DNA from: Myxococcales bacterium UBA1238
GTDB taxonomy: Bacteria > Myxococcota_A > Bradymonadia > UBA7976 > UBA1532
Assembly: GCA_002309015.1 (NCBI GenBank)
Contig: DBWM01000068.1
Coordinates: 17,108-81,107 of the forward strand
DNA: 64,000 nucleotides
Reading direction: 5' to 3'
The notes under the pieces are model-generated. The model was given only the letters and a program-made list of their open reading frames with translations. It made no database searches and was not told the DNA's origin. This document shows, one piece after another, positions 26,276-34,865 of this stretch. A program made the translations under genes and the position numbers. Position 1 is the first letter of the stretch. Each line of letters begins with the position of its first letter.

Positions 26276-27543
26276 TTGTCGTAGAAAACCACGGATTTCC
26301 CTATGCTTATCTCGTGCTGAACTTCAGGTTCGGTCCCGCATTCGATCCTTTGGGCAAAGAGGGGCTGACGTCGCTCACCAATCGCATGCTGCTGCGCGGA
26401 ACCCGGCGCCGAAGCCGTGAGGCATTTGAAGAAGCGATCGAATCGCTGGGCACGGAGGTGAACACCGCTACGCAGTCATCCTCGGTGAGCATCAGCAGCG
26501 CCATCCTTTCCCGGAATCTAGAACGGTTTACGCAGCTTTTGGGTGAGATGCTGACAGAGCCGCTCTTTTCGCCCGAAGAGTTTGAAAAGGTGAAGCGGGA
26601 GATGCGCGCGGAGCAGGAAGCCATGCTGAACGACGACAGCTGCCTGGCGCGTATCTGGTTGCGAAAAACCCTGTTTCCCGGACATTTGCTGGGCCGGAAC
26701 GCCGCGGGGACGCCTGCAAGCCTCGACGCGATCACCCTCGACGATCTGATCGCGCATCACCGCACCTATTACACGAAAAGCAACCTTCTGGTGACCTCGA
26801 GCGGGGACGTAACGCAGGCGCATCTCGAGCAGCTTTTGCAGGACGCCTTCAAAAATTTGCCCGAAGGCGAGCCGACCGCCTGGAACCTTGCGCCCATCGC
26901 CCCCATCGACGGCCGTCAGCTTTGGGTCATCGACAAACCCGAGCGCACCCAATCGCAGATTTTGGTGGGGCATCCCGCAGTCCAGGGCAACGATCCCGAT
27001 CTTTTGGCGCTCAATCTCGCATTTACGGGCTTTGGCGGCACGTTTACAGCGCGACTCATGCAGGAAGTGCGCGTCAAACGCGGGTGGAGCTACGGGGCTT
27101 ACGCGCGCCTCGTGCCTGAGCGGTTCGGAGGCTTTTGCATTTTGAGCGCGGCGCCGGAGCGCGATCACACCGCCGATTGCATCGCGTTGCTGCTCGAAGA
27201 ATATGAACGTTTCGCCCGCGAGGGTTTGAGCGATGACGAGATCGAATTTGCGCGCAACTACCTGATCAACGCGTTCCCCTTTAAGATCGAGACCGCAGCG
27301 CAGAAGGCGGCGCTTCAAACCTATTACGCACTCATGGGGATGCCCGAAGATACGCTCGATCGCTACACCGATCGCCTGAAAGCGATCACCCCCTCGGCTT
27401 TGCGGCGGATTTGCAAAGAGCGCCTTACGCCCGATCAGCTGACCATCGTCACCGTATGCGAGGCGGAGCCGCTCAAAGATGCCTTTTCTCAGCTGAAGCA
27501 CATCCGCAAAGTCAACCTGCGCTCCTACCTCGATGAAAAGTAA
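26272..27543 (+). CDS. M16-family peptidase-like protein lacking HxxEH (non-catalytic partner)
   Basis: ORF track 26254..27543. ATG 26272 overlaps the upstream TGA (ATGA). The equivalent motif reads GLTSLTNRMLLRGT, without His or Glu. Confidence 0.8.
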   Translation: MIVVENHGFPYAYLVLNFRFGPAFDPLGKEGLTSLTNRMLLRGTRRRSREAFEEAIESLGTEVNTATQSSSVSISSAILSRNLERFTQLLGEMLTEPLFSPEEFEKVKREMRAEQEAMLNDDSCLARIWLRKTLFPGHLLGRNAAGTPASLDAITLDDLIAHHRTYYTKSNLLVTSSGDVTQAHLEQLLQDAFKNLPEGEPTAWNLAPIAPIDGRQLWVIDKPERTQSQILVGHPAVQGNDPDLLALNLAFTGFGGTFTARLMQEVRVKRGWSYGAYARLVPERFGGFCILSAAPERDHTADCIALLLEEYERFAREGLSDDEIEFARNYLINAFPFKIETAAQKAALQTYYALMGMPEDTLDRYTDRLKAITPSALRRICKERLTPDQLTIVTVCEAEPLKDAFSQLKHIRKVNLRSYLDEK

Positions 27544-27716
27544 CGCCGCGAGTCTGTAGCCTTTTGAGTTTGGCTGCGCCTCTTCGCTGCGCGATCATTC
27601 GATTCAAAAAACCCTTTGCATTTCAGCGCTGTTTGCGCTTGATCCCCCCGTCTTTCTGACAACCAACCAGCGGATCCATGCAGGGTGCATGGCATCCCCC
27701 ATCCAGGAGTTTTTGC

Positions 27717-29369
27717 ATGTCTCTTACCTTAGCCAAAGGTCGCTTTGATGCAGTGAACGGTCCCGTCCTGACGATCGTACTCGACGGCGTCGGCCTCGGG
27801 CCCAAAGATGAAGGCAACGCATGGTTTAACGCGCGCACGCCGGTGCTCGACGCGGCCATGGAACGGTACGGCTATATTTCGCTGGCTGCGCACGGATTAG
27901 CGGTCGGCCTGCCTTCCGACGGCGATATGGGCAACTCCGAGGTCGGACATAACGCCCTCGGCGCCGGGAGAATCTTCTCTCAGGGCGCACGCCTCTGCAA
28001 TGAAGCGATCGAAGGCGGCAGCATCTTCGAAGGCGAGACCTGGAAATGGCTGATCGAGGGCGTCAAGGCGTCGGGCGAGCCCCTGCATTTCATCGGGCTG
28101 CTTTCGGACGGCAACGTTCACAGCCATGAAAAGCATCTCCACGCCATGTTACGGCGCGCCGCCGAAGAAGGTGTGCGGAAAGTGCGCATCCATATCCTGC
28201 TCGACGGCCGCGATGTGGGCGAAACCTCGGCTTTAACCTATGTCGAGCGCCTCGATGCCGTGCTGGACGACATCAATATGAGCGGCTACCACGATTTCCA
28301 GATTGCGAGCGGCGGCGGGCGCATGGTGGTCACCATGGATCGCTACGAAGCGAACTGGGGCATGGTCGATCTGGGCTGGAAACTTCACGTGAAAGGCGAA
28401 GGCCGCGGCTTCAGAAGCGCAAATCAGGCCATCGAAACCTTCCGCGCAGAGCAACCCGGCATCACCGATCAGTTTTTGCCTGGCTTCGTGGTCGTAGATG
28501 AAAACGGATCCCCCGTGGGGCCCATCCACGAAGGCGCATCGGTCGTGCTTTTCAACTTCAGAGGCGACCGGGCCATCGAGATTTCGCGCGCATTCGAAGA
28601 CGAGACGATGCCGCATTTCGATCGCGGTCCCAAGCTGAACGTGCGCTACGCGGGCATCATGCAGTACGACGGCGATCTCAAGTTGCCGAAGCATTTTCTG
28701 GTGGCCCCGCCGGCCATCGATCGCACGCTGGGTGAGCATCTGGCGTTCAATAAGATCTCGCAGTTCGCCTGCGCAGAGACCCAGAAGTTCGGGCATGTGA
28801 CCTATTTCTGGAACGGAAACCGCACGGGCCGCTTCGACGACGAGCTTGAAACCTACGTCGAGGTGCCGAGCGACAACGTCCCCTTCGAACAGCGCCCCTG
28901 GATGAAGGCCGCAGAGGTGGTCGACGCCACCATCGCCGCGCTCGAATCGGGCAAATACCGCTACCTGCGCCTGAACCTCGCAAACGGCGATATGGTGGGC
29001 CATACGGGCAGCCTCGATGCCGCGATCATCGCCATGGAAGCGGTCGACATCAGCCTGGGCCGCCTGCTCAAGGCCATCGAGAAGGCGAACGGCGTCGCTT
29101 TGATCACCGCCGATCACGGCAACTGCGACGAGATGTTCGAGCGCAAGAAGGACGGATCCTTCAAGGCCGATGCTCAGGGCCGTATCACGCCGAGAACGAG
29201 CCACACCCTGAATCAGGTCCCCGCGATCCTGTTCGATCCCAAGGGTCAGGTGAAGGCCAAGCTCGCAAAAACGGTCGAAAAGCCTGGACTCGCCAACGTC
29301 GCCGCCACCATGCTCGAGCTCATGGGCTTCGAGCCCCCCGCCGACTACGAGCCCTCTCTGCTCAAGTAA
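27717..29369 (+). CDS. gpmI: 2,3-bisphosphoglycerate-independent phosphoglycerate mutase (long, about 550-aa form)
   Basis: AGGAG lies 7 nt upstream of ATG 27717. LDGVGLG...DMGNSEVGHNALGAGR...ITADHGN are iPGM motifs. Confidence 0.85.
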   Translation: MSLTLAKGRFDAVNGPVLTIVLDGVGLGPKDEGNAWFNARTPVLDAAMERYGYISLAAHGLAVGLPSDGDMGNSEVGHNALGAGRIFSQGARLCNEAIEGGSIFEGETWKWLIEGVKASGEPLHFIGLLSDGNVHSHEKHLHAMLRRAAEEGVRKVRIHILLDGRDVGETSALTYVERLDAVLDDINMSGYHDFQIASGGGRMVVTMDRYEANWGMVDLGWKLHVKGEGRGFRSANQAIETFRAEQPGITDQFLPGFVVVDENGSPVGPIHEGASVVLFNFRGDRAIEISRAFEDETMPHFDRGPKLNVRYAGIMQYDGDLKLPKHFLVAPPAIDRTLGEHLAFNKISQFACAETQKFGHVTYFWNGNRTGRFDDELETYVEVPSDNVPFEQRPWMKAAEVVDATIAALESGKYRYLRLNLANGDMVGHTGSLDAAIIAMEAVDISLGRLLKAIEKANGVALITADHGNCDEMFERKKDGSFKADAQGRITPRTSHTLNQVPAILFDPKGQVKAKLAKTVEKPGLANVAATMLELMGFEPPADYEPSLLK

Positions 29370-29500
29370 GCGCCCTCTCTCTGCCCCGCTCCCAATCCCG
29401 CCTGTAAACCTGCACCCACTCCGTAAATCTCACTTTTAATGAGCCTAAACTGGCCCACATCTCTTCTCTCATCTTGAAATCACGCGTGAAAACTGCTCGC

Positions 29501-29632
29501 ATACGGTATATTTTGGCTCTACATCGATTCAGAGATACAAAATACGGTATTTCTCAGCTTTGCAGAAATGTATTGATTCAACCTACCGTATTTTTGGCTG
29601 ATCAGTTACGCAAAGTTACAGGCATACGGTAT
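29501..29632. repeat. Phased array of four ATAC(G/C)GTAT 9-mers, each followed by a T-tract, at an exact 41-bp period
   Basis: Copies lie at 29501..29509 (ATACGGTAT), 29542..29550 (ATACGGTAT), 29583..29591 (CTACCGTAT) and 29624..29632 (ATACGGTAT). The sequence between the cores is not conserved. Confidence 0.8.
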
Positions 29633-29826
29633 TTCATCTGTTTTACGTCAATCAATCCTCAAAAATATGGAGCTGACGCCAGAATACAGCTCTGCAAAGC
29701 CAGAACTTACGATAAGTCTGCCATCTCATCGCTGATCGAAGGGTACGGGTCCGGTATGGATGCCCGTTTTAAGGGCGTTTTTGGGGCTGTCTATGGAGGG
29801 CGTTTAGAGATGCGCGGGATTGGAGG

Positions 29827-30825
29827 CTATTCGGTCTTCTTTTTTAAATAGAGATCGATCGCTTTGCGGTGTTCTTCGTAGGTTTCGCTGAAAAAATGCT
29901 CGCCGGAGCCGTCCTGTTTGGCCACAAAATAGAGGAGCTTTTGCGCATCCTTGTCGTTTGGGGGATCGAGGGCGGCCTTTAAGGCGGCTTTTCCGGGGTT
30001 GGAGATGGGCCCTGGGGGCAATCCGGCGATCACATAGGTGCTGTAGGCGCTTTGGGGATCCTTACAGGCGGCAGGCGTGGCGCGCTGCAAATAGAGCTGC
30101 TCGCTGTAAACGCATGTGGGATCCGTCTGGAGCTTCATCCCCTTTGCGAGGCGGTTGTAAAAGACCCGCGCGCAGAGGCCCCGGTCGCGATCGGTTTTGG
30201 CTTCCTTTTCGACGAGCGAGGCCATGATGAGCAGCTTTTTTTGGGCTTCATCGTCGAGATTGCGCCCTTCGATCAGCGCGTTGAAGACGGCGTCAAACCT
30301 TGCGGTCATGCGCTTCAGCACTTCATCGAGGGTGCTGTCGATATTGAAGAAATAGGTGTCGGGGTAAAGCCGCCCCTCCAGGTGATCGGCCTCCACGCGA
30401 TTCAAAAAATCCTTGCGCGCGGCCAGATGAGCCTCTTCAAGCAAATCCGCGATCTGCCAGCGGTTGTACCCCTCGGGCACGGTCAGGCGAATCTGAGGGC
30501 GCAGGCTCCCCTCTTCGAGCTTTTGCAGCAGATCTTTCGGCGTCATTTCGAGACGGATTTCAAAGATCCCCGCCTTAATCTGGTTGCCTTTGCCCATGAG
30601 GCGCCCATACCATTCCATCACCAGGGGCGAGCGGACCACGCCTTTTTGCGCCAGAATCTGAACGGCCCGCTTGTAGGAACTGCCCCTGGGGATCTCGACC
30701 ACTTTGACGCCCCCTTTGGAGGAGAGGGGGTTGTTCAAAAAATGAACGCAATGGAGCGCAAAAAGGCCCAGGCCCAGCAGCAAGCCGCCGAGCAGGCCGA
30801 GGATCAACTTTTTCTTTTTCATCAT
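29827..30825 (-). CDS. mltG: Endolytic murein transglycosylase MltG (YceG family)
   Basis: ORF track 29827..30873. ATG 30825 overlaps the ruvX TGA. It has an N-terminal TM segment (KKKKLILGLLGGLLLGLGLFAL) and the motifs LTVPEGYNRWQIADLL and ASLVEKEA. Confidence 0.85.
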   Translation of the reverse strand: MMKKKKLILGLLGGLLLGLGLFALHCVHFLNNPLSSKGGVKVVEIPRGSSYKRAVQILAQKGVVRSPLVMEWYGRLMGKGNQIKAGIFEIRLEMTPKDLLQKLEEGSLRPQIRLTVPEGYNRWQIADLLEEAHLAARKDFLNRVEADHLEGRLYPDTYFFNIDSTLDEVLKRMTARFDAVFNALIEGRNLDDEAQKKLLIMASLVEKEAKTDRDRGLCARVFYNRLAKGMKLQTDPTCVYSEQLYLQRATPAACKDPQSAYSTYVIAGLPPGPISNPGKAALKAALDPPNDKDAQKLLYFVAKQDGSGEHFFSETYEEHRKAIDLYLKKKTE

Positions 30826-31250
30826 GCAGGCCGCATATCTTTGTGACCGTCGAGCCAGTTCTGCAAAAACCACGTCGCAGCTTGCTTATCGATCACCTTT
30901 TTCCGATCTTTTCGGCTGACCCCGCCCTCTATTAATGCCCGTTCCGCCGCTACAGTGCTCAGGCGTTCGTCCTGGCGCTCAACAGGCAGCCCCAGACGCT
31001 GCTCCAATAAGGCCACGAACTTGTCGATCCGCCAGGCTTGCGCGCTCATGCGCCCGTTTAAATGCAGCGGACGCCCCACCACCAGAACCCCCACCTCGTA
31101 TTCCTGCACCAGACGCTGCAATTCCTCGAGATCGCTCTCGATTTTCGTGCGATCGATCGTCTTTACCCCCTGAGCGATCAGCCATGTGGGGTCGCTGACC
31201 GCCACGCCGATCGTCCGCTCCCCCACATCGAGCCCCATCGCGCGCATCAT
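30822..31250 (-). CDS. ruvX: Holliday-junction-resolvase-like nuclease RuvX (YqgF)
   Basis: ORF track 30822..31328. The ATG at 31250 overlaps the upstream stop. MMRAMGLDVGERTIGVAVSDP...VVGRPLHLNG...DERLST are YqgF motifs. Confidence 0.85.
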   Translation of the reverse strand: MMRAMGLDVGERTIGVAVSDPTWLIAQGVKTIDRTKIESDLEELQRLVQEYEVGVLVVGRPLHLNGRMSAQAWRIDKFVALLEQRLGLPVERQDERLSTVAAERALIEGGVSRKDRKKVIDKQAATWFLQNWLDGHKDMRPA

Positions 31251-32326
31251 CGGCCTCCGCCTTCGCTCGAGAACTCCGCCAGCCGCTCGATCAGGCGGTT
31301 CAGTCGCTGCTCGGTCTGCTCCCGCCATCCACCTTCATCGCCCAGGCGGTCGATCATCGCGATGTTCTTCTGATAAATCTCGATAGACTCCTCGAAGACC
31401 GGCTTCAAAACGCTCCGCAGCTTGGCAAAATAGAGATCCCGCGTCTCCTGATCGAAGTTTTCAGGGGGCTGCACAGCGTACACATCCTCCGCAAACTCCT
31501 CGTAAAGATCGCCCAGCTGGAACCCCGCCGCCGCCGAGATTTCGGGATGCTGCACCGATATGGACGAGATGTAATGCCGCTGCGCCTGTTTGAAGCGGCG
31601 TATCTTCTCCTGCAGCATCCCCTCCATCTGATCGAGGGAAGCTTTGAGCTCGGCCCGGTGACTCAGCGTCTGATAGATCCGCCCCCAAAGGTAATAGCCC
31701 TCCGCCAGCAGATCATTGCCCCGCAAATAGTCGGCATAAATCTCCTGCACGCGGTTGATCGACTTCCGCAGATCGCGCTCGGCGGCCGAAAACTCTTCCA
31801 TCCCCAAATAAACGGCCCCTCTTCGCAGCAACAATTCAGCCTGCTCCGAGGGCGACAGATCCTTTTTCAAAAGATCGCGGTAAAGATCGAGGGCTTCCTG
31901 GTAAAGATGGCGCTCCGACAGGCAGTAAGCCTTGTGAAACAGGCCATCGTTGCGATCCTTCTCCTGGGCTGCGAGCTCCACATAGCGCTCGAACAGCGGC
32001 TGCGCCTTGTCGAAAGCCTTCAGCTTCTCATGACACATCCCCTCATTGTATAAAGAGGCGGCCAGGTAGTGAGAATCAGGAAAGAATTCGCGCAAACGCT
32101 CATAATTCTGAACGCAGGTCTCATAATCCTTCGCGCTGTAAGCCTGCTGCGCCTCCTCGTAGAGGCCCTGCGCGTCGAACATGCCCGTCACTTCGCCACC
32201 CGATGCGGTGATCACCATCGCATCCATATCGATGACCGTCTCAGGCCCCACCGGCAGCTCCGGATTGCGAGGCGTGCCCCCACAGGCCCACAAAAAACAG
32301 CAAAGCAAGCAAGCGAGCTTTCGCAT
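31247..32326 (-). CDS. TPR lipoprotein, BamD-like
   Basis: Lipoprotein signal MRKLACLLCCFLWAC. TPR-like units such as YEEAQQAYSAKDYETCVQNYERLREFFPDSHYLAASLYNEGMCH resemble BamD/YfiO. Confidence 0.5.
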   Translation of the reverse strand: MRKLACLLCCFLWACGGTPRNPELPVGPETVIDMDAMVITASGGEVTGMFDAQGLYEEAQQAYSAKDYETCVQNYERLREFFPDSHYLAASLYNEGMCHEKLKAFDKAQPLFERYVELAAQEKDRNDGLFHKAYCLSERHLYQEALDLYRDLLKKDLSPSEQAELLLRRGAVYLGMEEFSAAERDLRKSINRVQEIYADYLRGNDLLAEGYYLWGRIYQTLSHRAELKASLDQMEGMLQEKIRRFKQAQRHYISSISVQHPEISAAAGFQLGDLYEEFAEDVYAVQPPENFDQETRDLYFAKLRSVLKPVFEESIEIYQKNIAMIDRLGDEGGWREQTEQRLNRLIERLAEFSSEGGGR

Positions 32327-32334
32327 CGATCACC

Positions 32335-33396
32335 TCATTTCTGGATTGCATCCAAAACAAAGCAGGGCACATCGCCAAGAGCCGCCAATCGCGCCAAAGC
32401 CCGCTGGTCGCGCAGAGCCCGCTTCTGGTAGGCATCGCCCCAATCGATCAGGCGCTGCAGCAATCGCTCCCCGCTGGGATCGCCCTCTTTGCAAAGCTGA
32501 GCCCGAAGCTGCTCCGAAGAAGGCCGCTCGATCGGCGCCAAAGGCTGATGGCACGCGATCCCTGCAAAATGCATCTGGCGTTGCATCAAATCGCAGCGCA
32601 GCTGCAACGCATCCTCAAGCGGCCCCTCCTCCAGCGAAGTGACCGCAACAAACCCCGTACCCGGCGCCCGCAACAATTTCTGAAGATCCGCGCAGGACTG
32701 CCGCGCCTGCCCCATCACATCCGCAAAGAGCGCTAAAAAGCGCGAGAGATCCTCAAGGAATCCCTCGCCGGTCATCCGCTCCAGCGCCCGCAGCACCATC
32801 GATTTGCCCCGGTTTTTGAGCCGCGCACGCAAAGATTCCGTAGAAGGCGCGTGGTTTAAAAAGCTTTGCAGCCAGGGGTTTTGCAGCGCTCTGAAGATGC
32901 GATCCGGCGTATCGAAGAATTCCATCGCGCGGCTGGCCGGAGCCGTATCGAGCAGCACCAGATCGAAGCGCTCATCCTTGCAAAGATGCGCCACACCGAG
33001 CACCGCCAAAAACTCCTGACTGCCCGCAAGCGACGTCGAGAACACGTGGTAAAACCGATTCTCGATCAGGGCTTTGGCCTGCTGCAGGTTCGGCGAAGAT
33101 CGATAGACCACAGCCTCCGCTTCATCGCGGGGATCAAACATCATCGCCGTCAGGCTGCCCTGAGGCGAAAGGCCCATGCGCGCCCAGTCTTCGGGGGTCA
33201 GCAGATATTCGCCGCGCCACAGAGGCAGCCCCAGAACATCGGCGAGGCGCCGCGCGGGATCGATGGTGAGCACCGCAACCCGCTTGCCCATCAATGCAGC
33301 TTTGACCGCCCATCTTGCCGAAGTGGTCGTCTTCCCAACGCCGCCAGCCCCCACCATGATCAGCAAGCGATAGCCCGAAAGCAGATCCTCTAACAC
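32335..33396 (-). CDS. ArsA/Get3-family P-loop ATPase, second of a pair (divergent switch II)
   Basis: IMVGAGGVGKTTTS (deviant Walker A) and LLDTAPASRAMEF, where canonical ArsA has DTAPTGH. The start overlaps the upstream gene by 7 nt. Confidence 0.7.
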   Translation of the reverse strand: MLEDLLSGYRLLIMVGAGGVGKTTTSARWAVKAALMGKRVAVLTIDPARRLADVLGLPLWRGEYLLTPEDWARMGLSPQGSLTAMMFDPRDEAEAVVYRSSPNLQQAKALIENRFYHVFSTSLAGSQEFLAVLGVAHLCKDERFDLVLLDTAPASRAMEFFDTPDRIFRALQNPWLQSFLNHAPSTESLRARLKNRGKSMVLRALERMTGEGFLEDLSRFLALFADVMGQARQSCADLQKLLRAPGTGFVAVTSLEEGPLEDALQLRCDLMQRQMHFAGIACHQPLAPIERPSSEQLRAQLCKEGDPSGERLLQRLIDWGDAYQKRALRDQRALARLAALGDVPCFVLDAIQK

Positions 33397-34313
33397 TTGA
33401 GTCTGGCCTCCAACGCCCCCAAAAGCGCGCTCAATTCGCCTGGTCCAAAGCGATCGCTCCAGATCTCAGGCAGCTCGATCACCGGTAACTCCACGTCGTT
33501 CAAAGGTTTTAACCGCTTTTGGGCGATCTCTTCCTGATCCATGCAGCGCGCCGCCCATTCCCAAAAGGCATCCTTCCCCGAATGCACCCGAAGCCTCGCC
33601 TCTTCTTCCGCAGAGAACCCCAGCCGGGGCATGCGGTTCACAAACAGGCAGCCCAGCGGCAGGTTGAGCTCCGTTTTCAAGCGCCTGTAAAGCTGCAGAG
33701 TCTCCATCACGGGCAGCGCCTGCGGCAAAGTCACCAGATGGACCACCGTCCGCTCGGGATCGTCGAGCAACTGCTGCATGGCGCGCGCCTCGCGATACAA
33801 ATTCCCGTCGCACACCGCTTCGCAAATGGACTGCGGCAACCGAAAGAAAGGGATTCCATGCCCGGTGGCGGGTGCATCGATCACAATGCGATCCCAAAGC
33901 GGACGCTGTTTTTCGCGCTCGCGCTCGTGATTGAACGCCTTGCCGAGCATCACCAGATCGCTCACCCCGGGCATCAGCGCCACCAGCGACTGCACGAGCG
34001 TGTTTTCAAAAAAAAGTTTGCACAAGGCCCGCAGCTTTAACTTCAAAAGCCCGTATTCCACCATCGCATCTGAGGGATCCATATTGACGCACCACAAATT
34101 GGGCGCGATCCCCGCGATCTGCGGACCCACCGGCGGATGCCCAAACATCGGAGCCAGTCGCTCAGGCCGGGTATTGAGCTCGCAAAGCAGCGTCCGATGC
34201 CCGTTTTTTGCAAAGCGCGCCGCAAGCAGCGCCGCCACCGTCGTTTTTCCAACGCCGCCCTTGCCCGTCACCAGCGTAAACCGCTTTTCCAAACCGCGCG
34301 CATCCGCAAGCAT
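33390..34313 (-). CDS. ArsA/Get3-family P-loop ATPase, first of a pair
   Basis: LVTGKGGVGKTTVAA and VIDAPATGHGIPFF are ArsA/Get3-type motifs. Confidence 0.75.
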   Translation of the reverse strand: MLADARGLEKRFTLVTGKGGVGKTTVAALLAARFAKNGHRTLLCELNTRPERLAPMFGHPPVGPQIAGIAPNLWCVNMDPSDAMVEYGLLKLKLRALCKLFFENTLVQSLVALMPGVSDLVMLGKAFNHEREREKQRPLWDRIVIDAPATGHGIPFFRLPQSICEAVCDGNLYREARAMQQLLDDPERTVVHLVTLPQALPVMETLQLYRRLKTELNLPLGCLFVNRMPRLGFSAEEEARLRVHSGKDAFWEWAARCMDQEEIAQKRLKPLNDVELPVIELPEIWSDRFGPGELSALLGALEARLKC

Positions 34314-34322
34314 CGCTTCACC

Positions 34323-34865
34323 CTACAGCGTTTTTAAACATTCGAGCCCATCGCTGGGCAAAGGCAGCGCTTCAGACGCCTCTTCCGCCCGCACGAGCTG
34401 CACGAACCACATGTGAAACGGATTCCCGGCATCGCGCGGACGCTTCTTAAAAGCCGTGATTTTCCAGGCAGTTGGCTCAATTTTGGGAAAATACGCATCG
34501 CCTTCAAAGCGCCCGTCCACAACCGTCAGATCCAGCTGCCGAAGATGGGGCCAGGCCGCTGCATAAATCTGAGCTCCGCCTATCACATACCCCAGTTCCG
34601 AGGGCAAAATCGACGCGAGAGCGAGCGATAAATCATCATAACGCTCGGCATCTTTAAAATGCGCAACTGTGCGGGAAATCACAAGATTTCGGCGATTCGG
34701 CAAGGCGTGTCCAATGGACTCAAACGTCTTTCGGCCCATGAGCACCGTATGATGCGCCGTCAGCTGCCTGAAATGCGCCAGATCGGCCGGCAGATGCCAG
34801 GGCAAGGCGTTCCGGACGCCGATACAGCCCTGCCAGTCCAAAGCCGCGATCGCATGCCAGGGCAT
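34323..34865 (-). CDS. folA: Dihydrofolate reductase
   Basis: IAALDWQGCIGVRNALPWHLPADLAHFRQLTAHHTVLMGRKTFESIG...GGAQIY. The ATG overlaps the upstream TAA by 1 nt. Confidence 0.85.
   Translation of the reverse strand: MPWHAIAALDWQGCIGVRNALPWHLPADLAHFRQLTAHHTVLMGRKTFESIGHALPNRRNLVISRTVAHFKDAERYDDLSLALASILPSELGYVIGGAQIYAAAWPHLRQLDLTVVDGRFEGDAYFPKIEPTAWKITAFKKRPRDAGNPFHMWFVQLVRAEEASEALPLPSDGLECLKTL

Noticed and set aside
26518-27501. A 327-aa antisense ORF inside the M16 gene. Similar cases are 28233..29204 in gpmI, 30052..30846 in mltG, 38010..38816 in moxR, and 61056..61796 and 61517..62347 in the 815-aa gene.
   Set aside because: Long stop-free antisense or alternative frames are expected in GC-rich coding DNA. 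The translations are Arg/Ala/Gly/Pro-rich with no recognisable motifs, while the opposite-strand genes have strong family signatures.
29501-29673. A CRISPR array interpretation of the 41-bp periodic repeats
   Set aside because: The conserved core is only about 9-13 bp and the period is 41 bp. That is far shorter than a CRISPR repeat plus spacer, and no cas genes are present in the window.
29781-29826. A GGGGCTG... stretch resembling the 5' end of tmRNA
   Set aside because: There is no downstream tag-peptide reading frame, no tRNA-like 3' end (TpsiC arm/CCA), and no RNase P, SRP or 6S consensus elements in the gap.
29474-29851. A 125-aa ORF covering the gpmI-mltG gap
   Set aside because: It has a TTG start, no Shine-Dalgarno sequence, and overlaps the mltG 3' end. 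Its recurring IRY/TVF tripeptides are simply the translated 41-bp-phased DNA motif. It was treated as non-coding, although blastx should confirm this.
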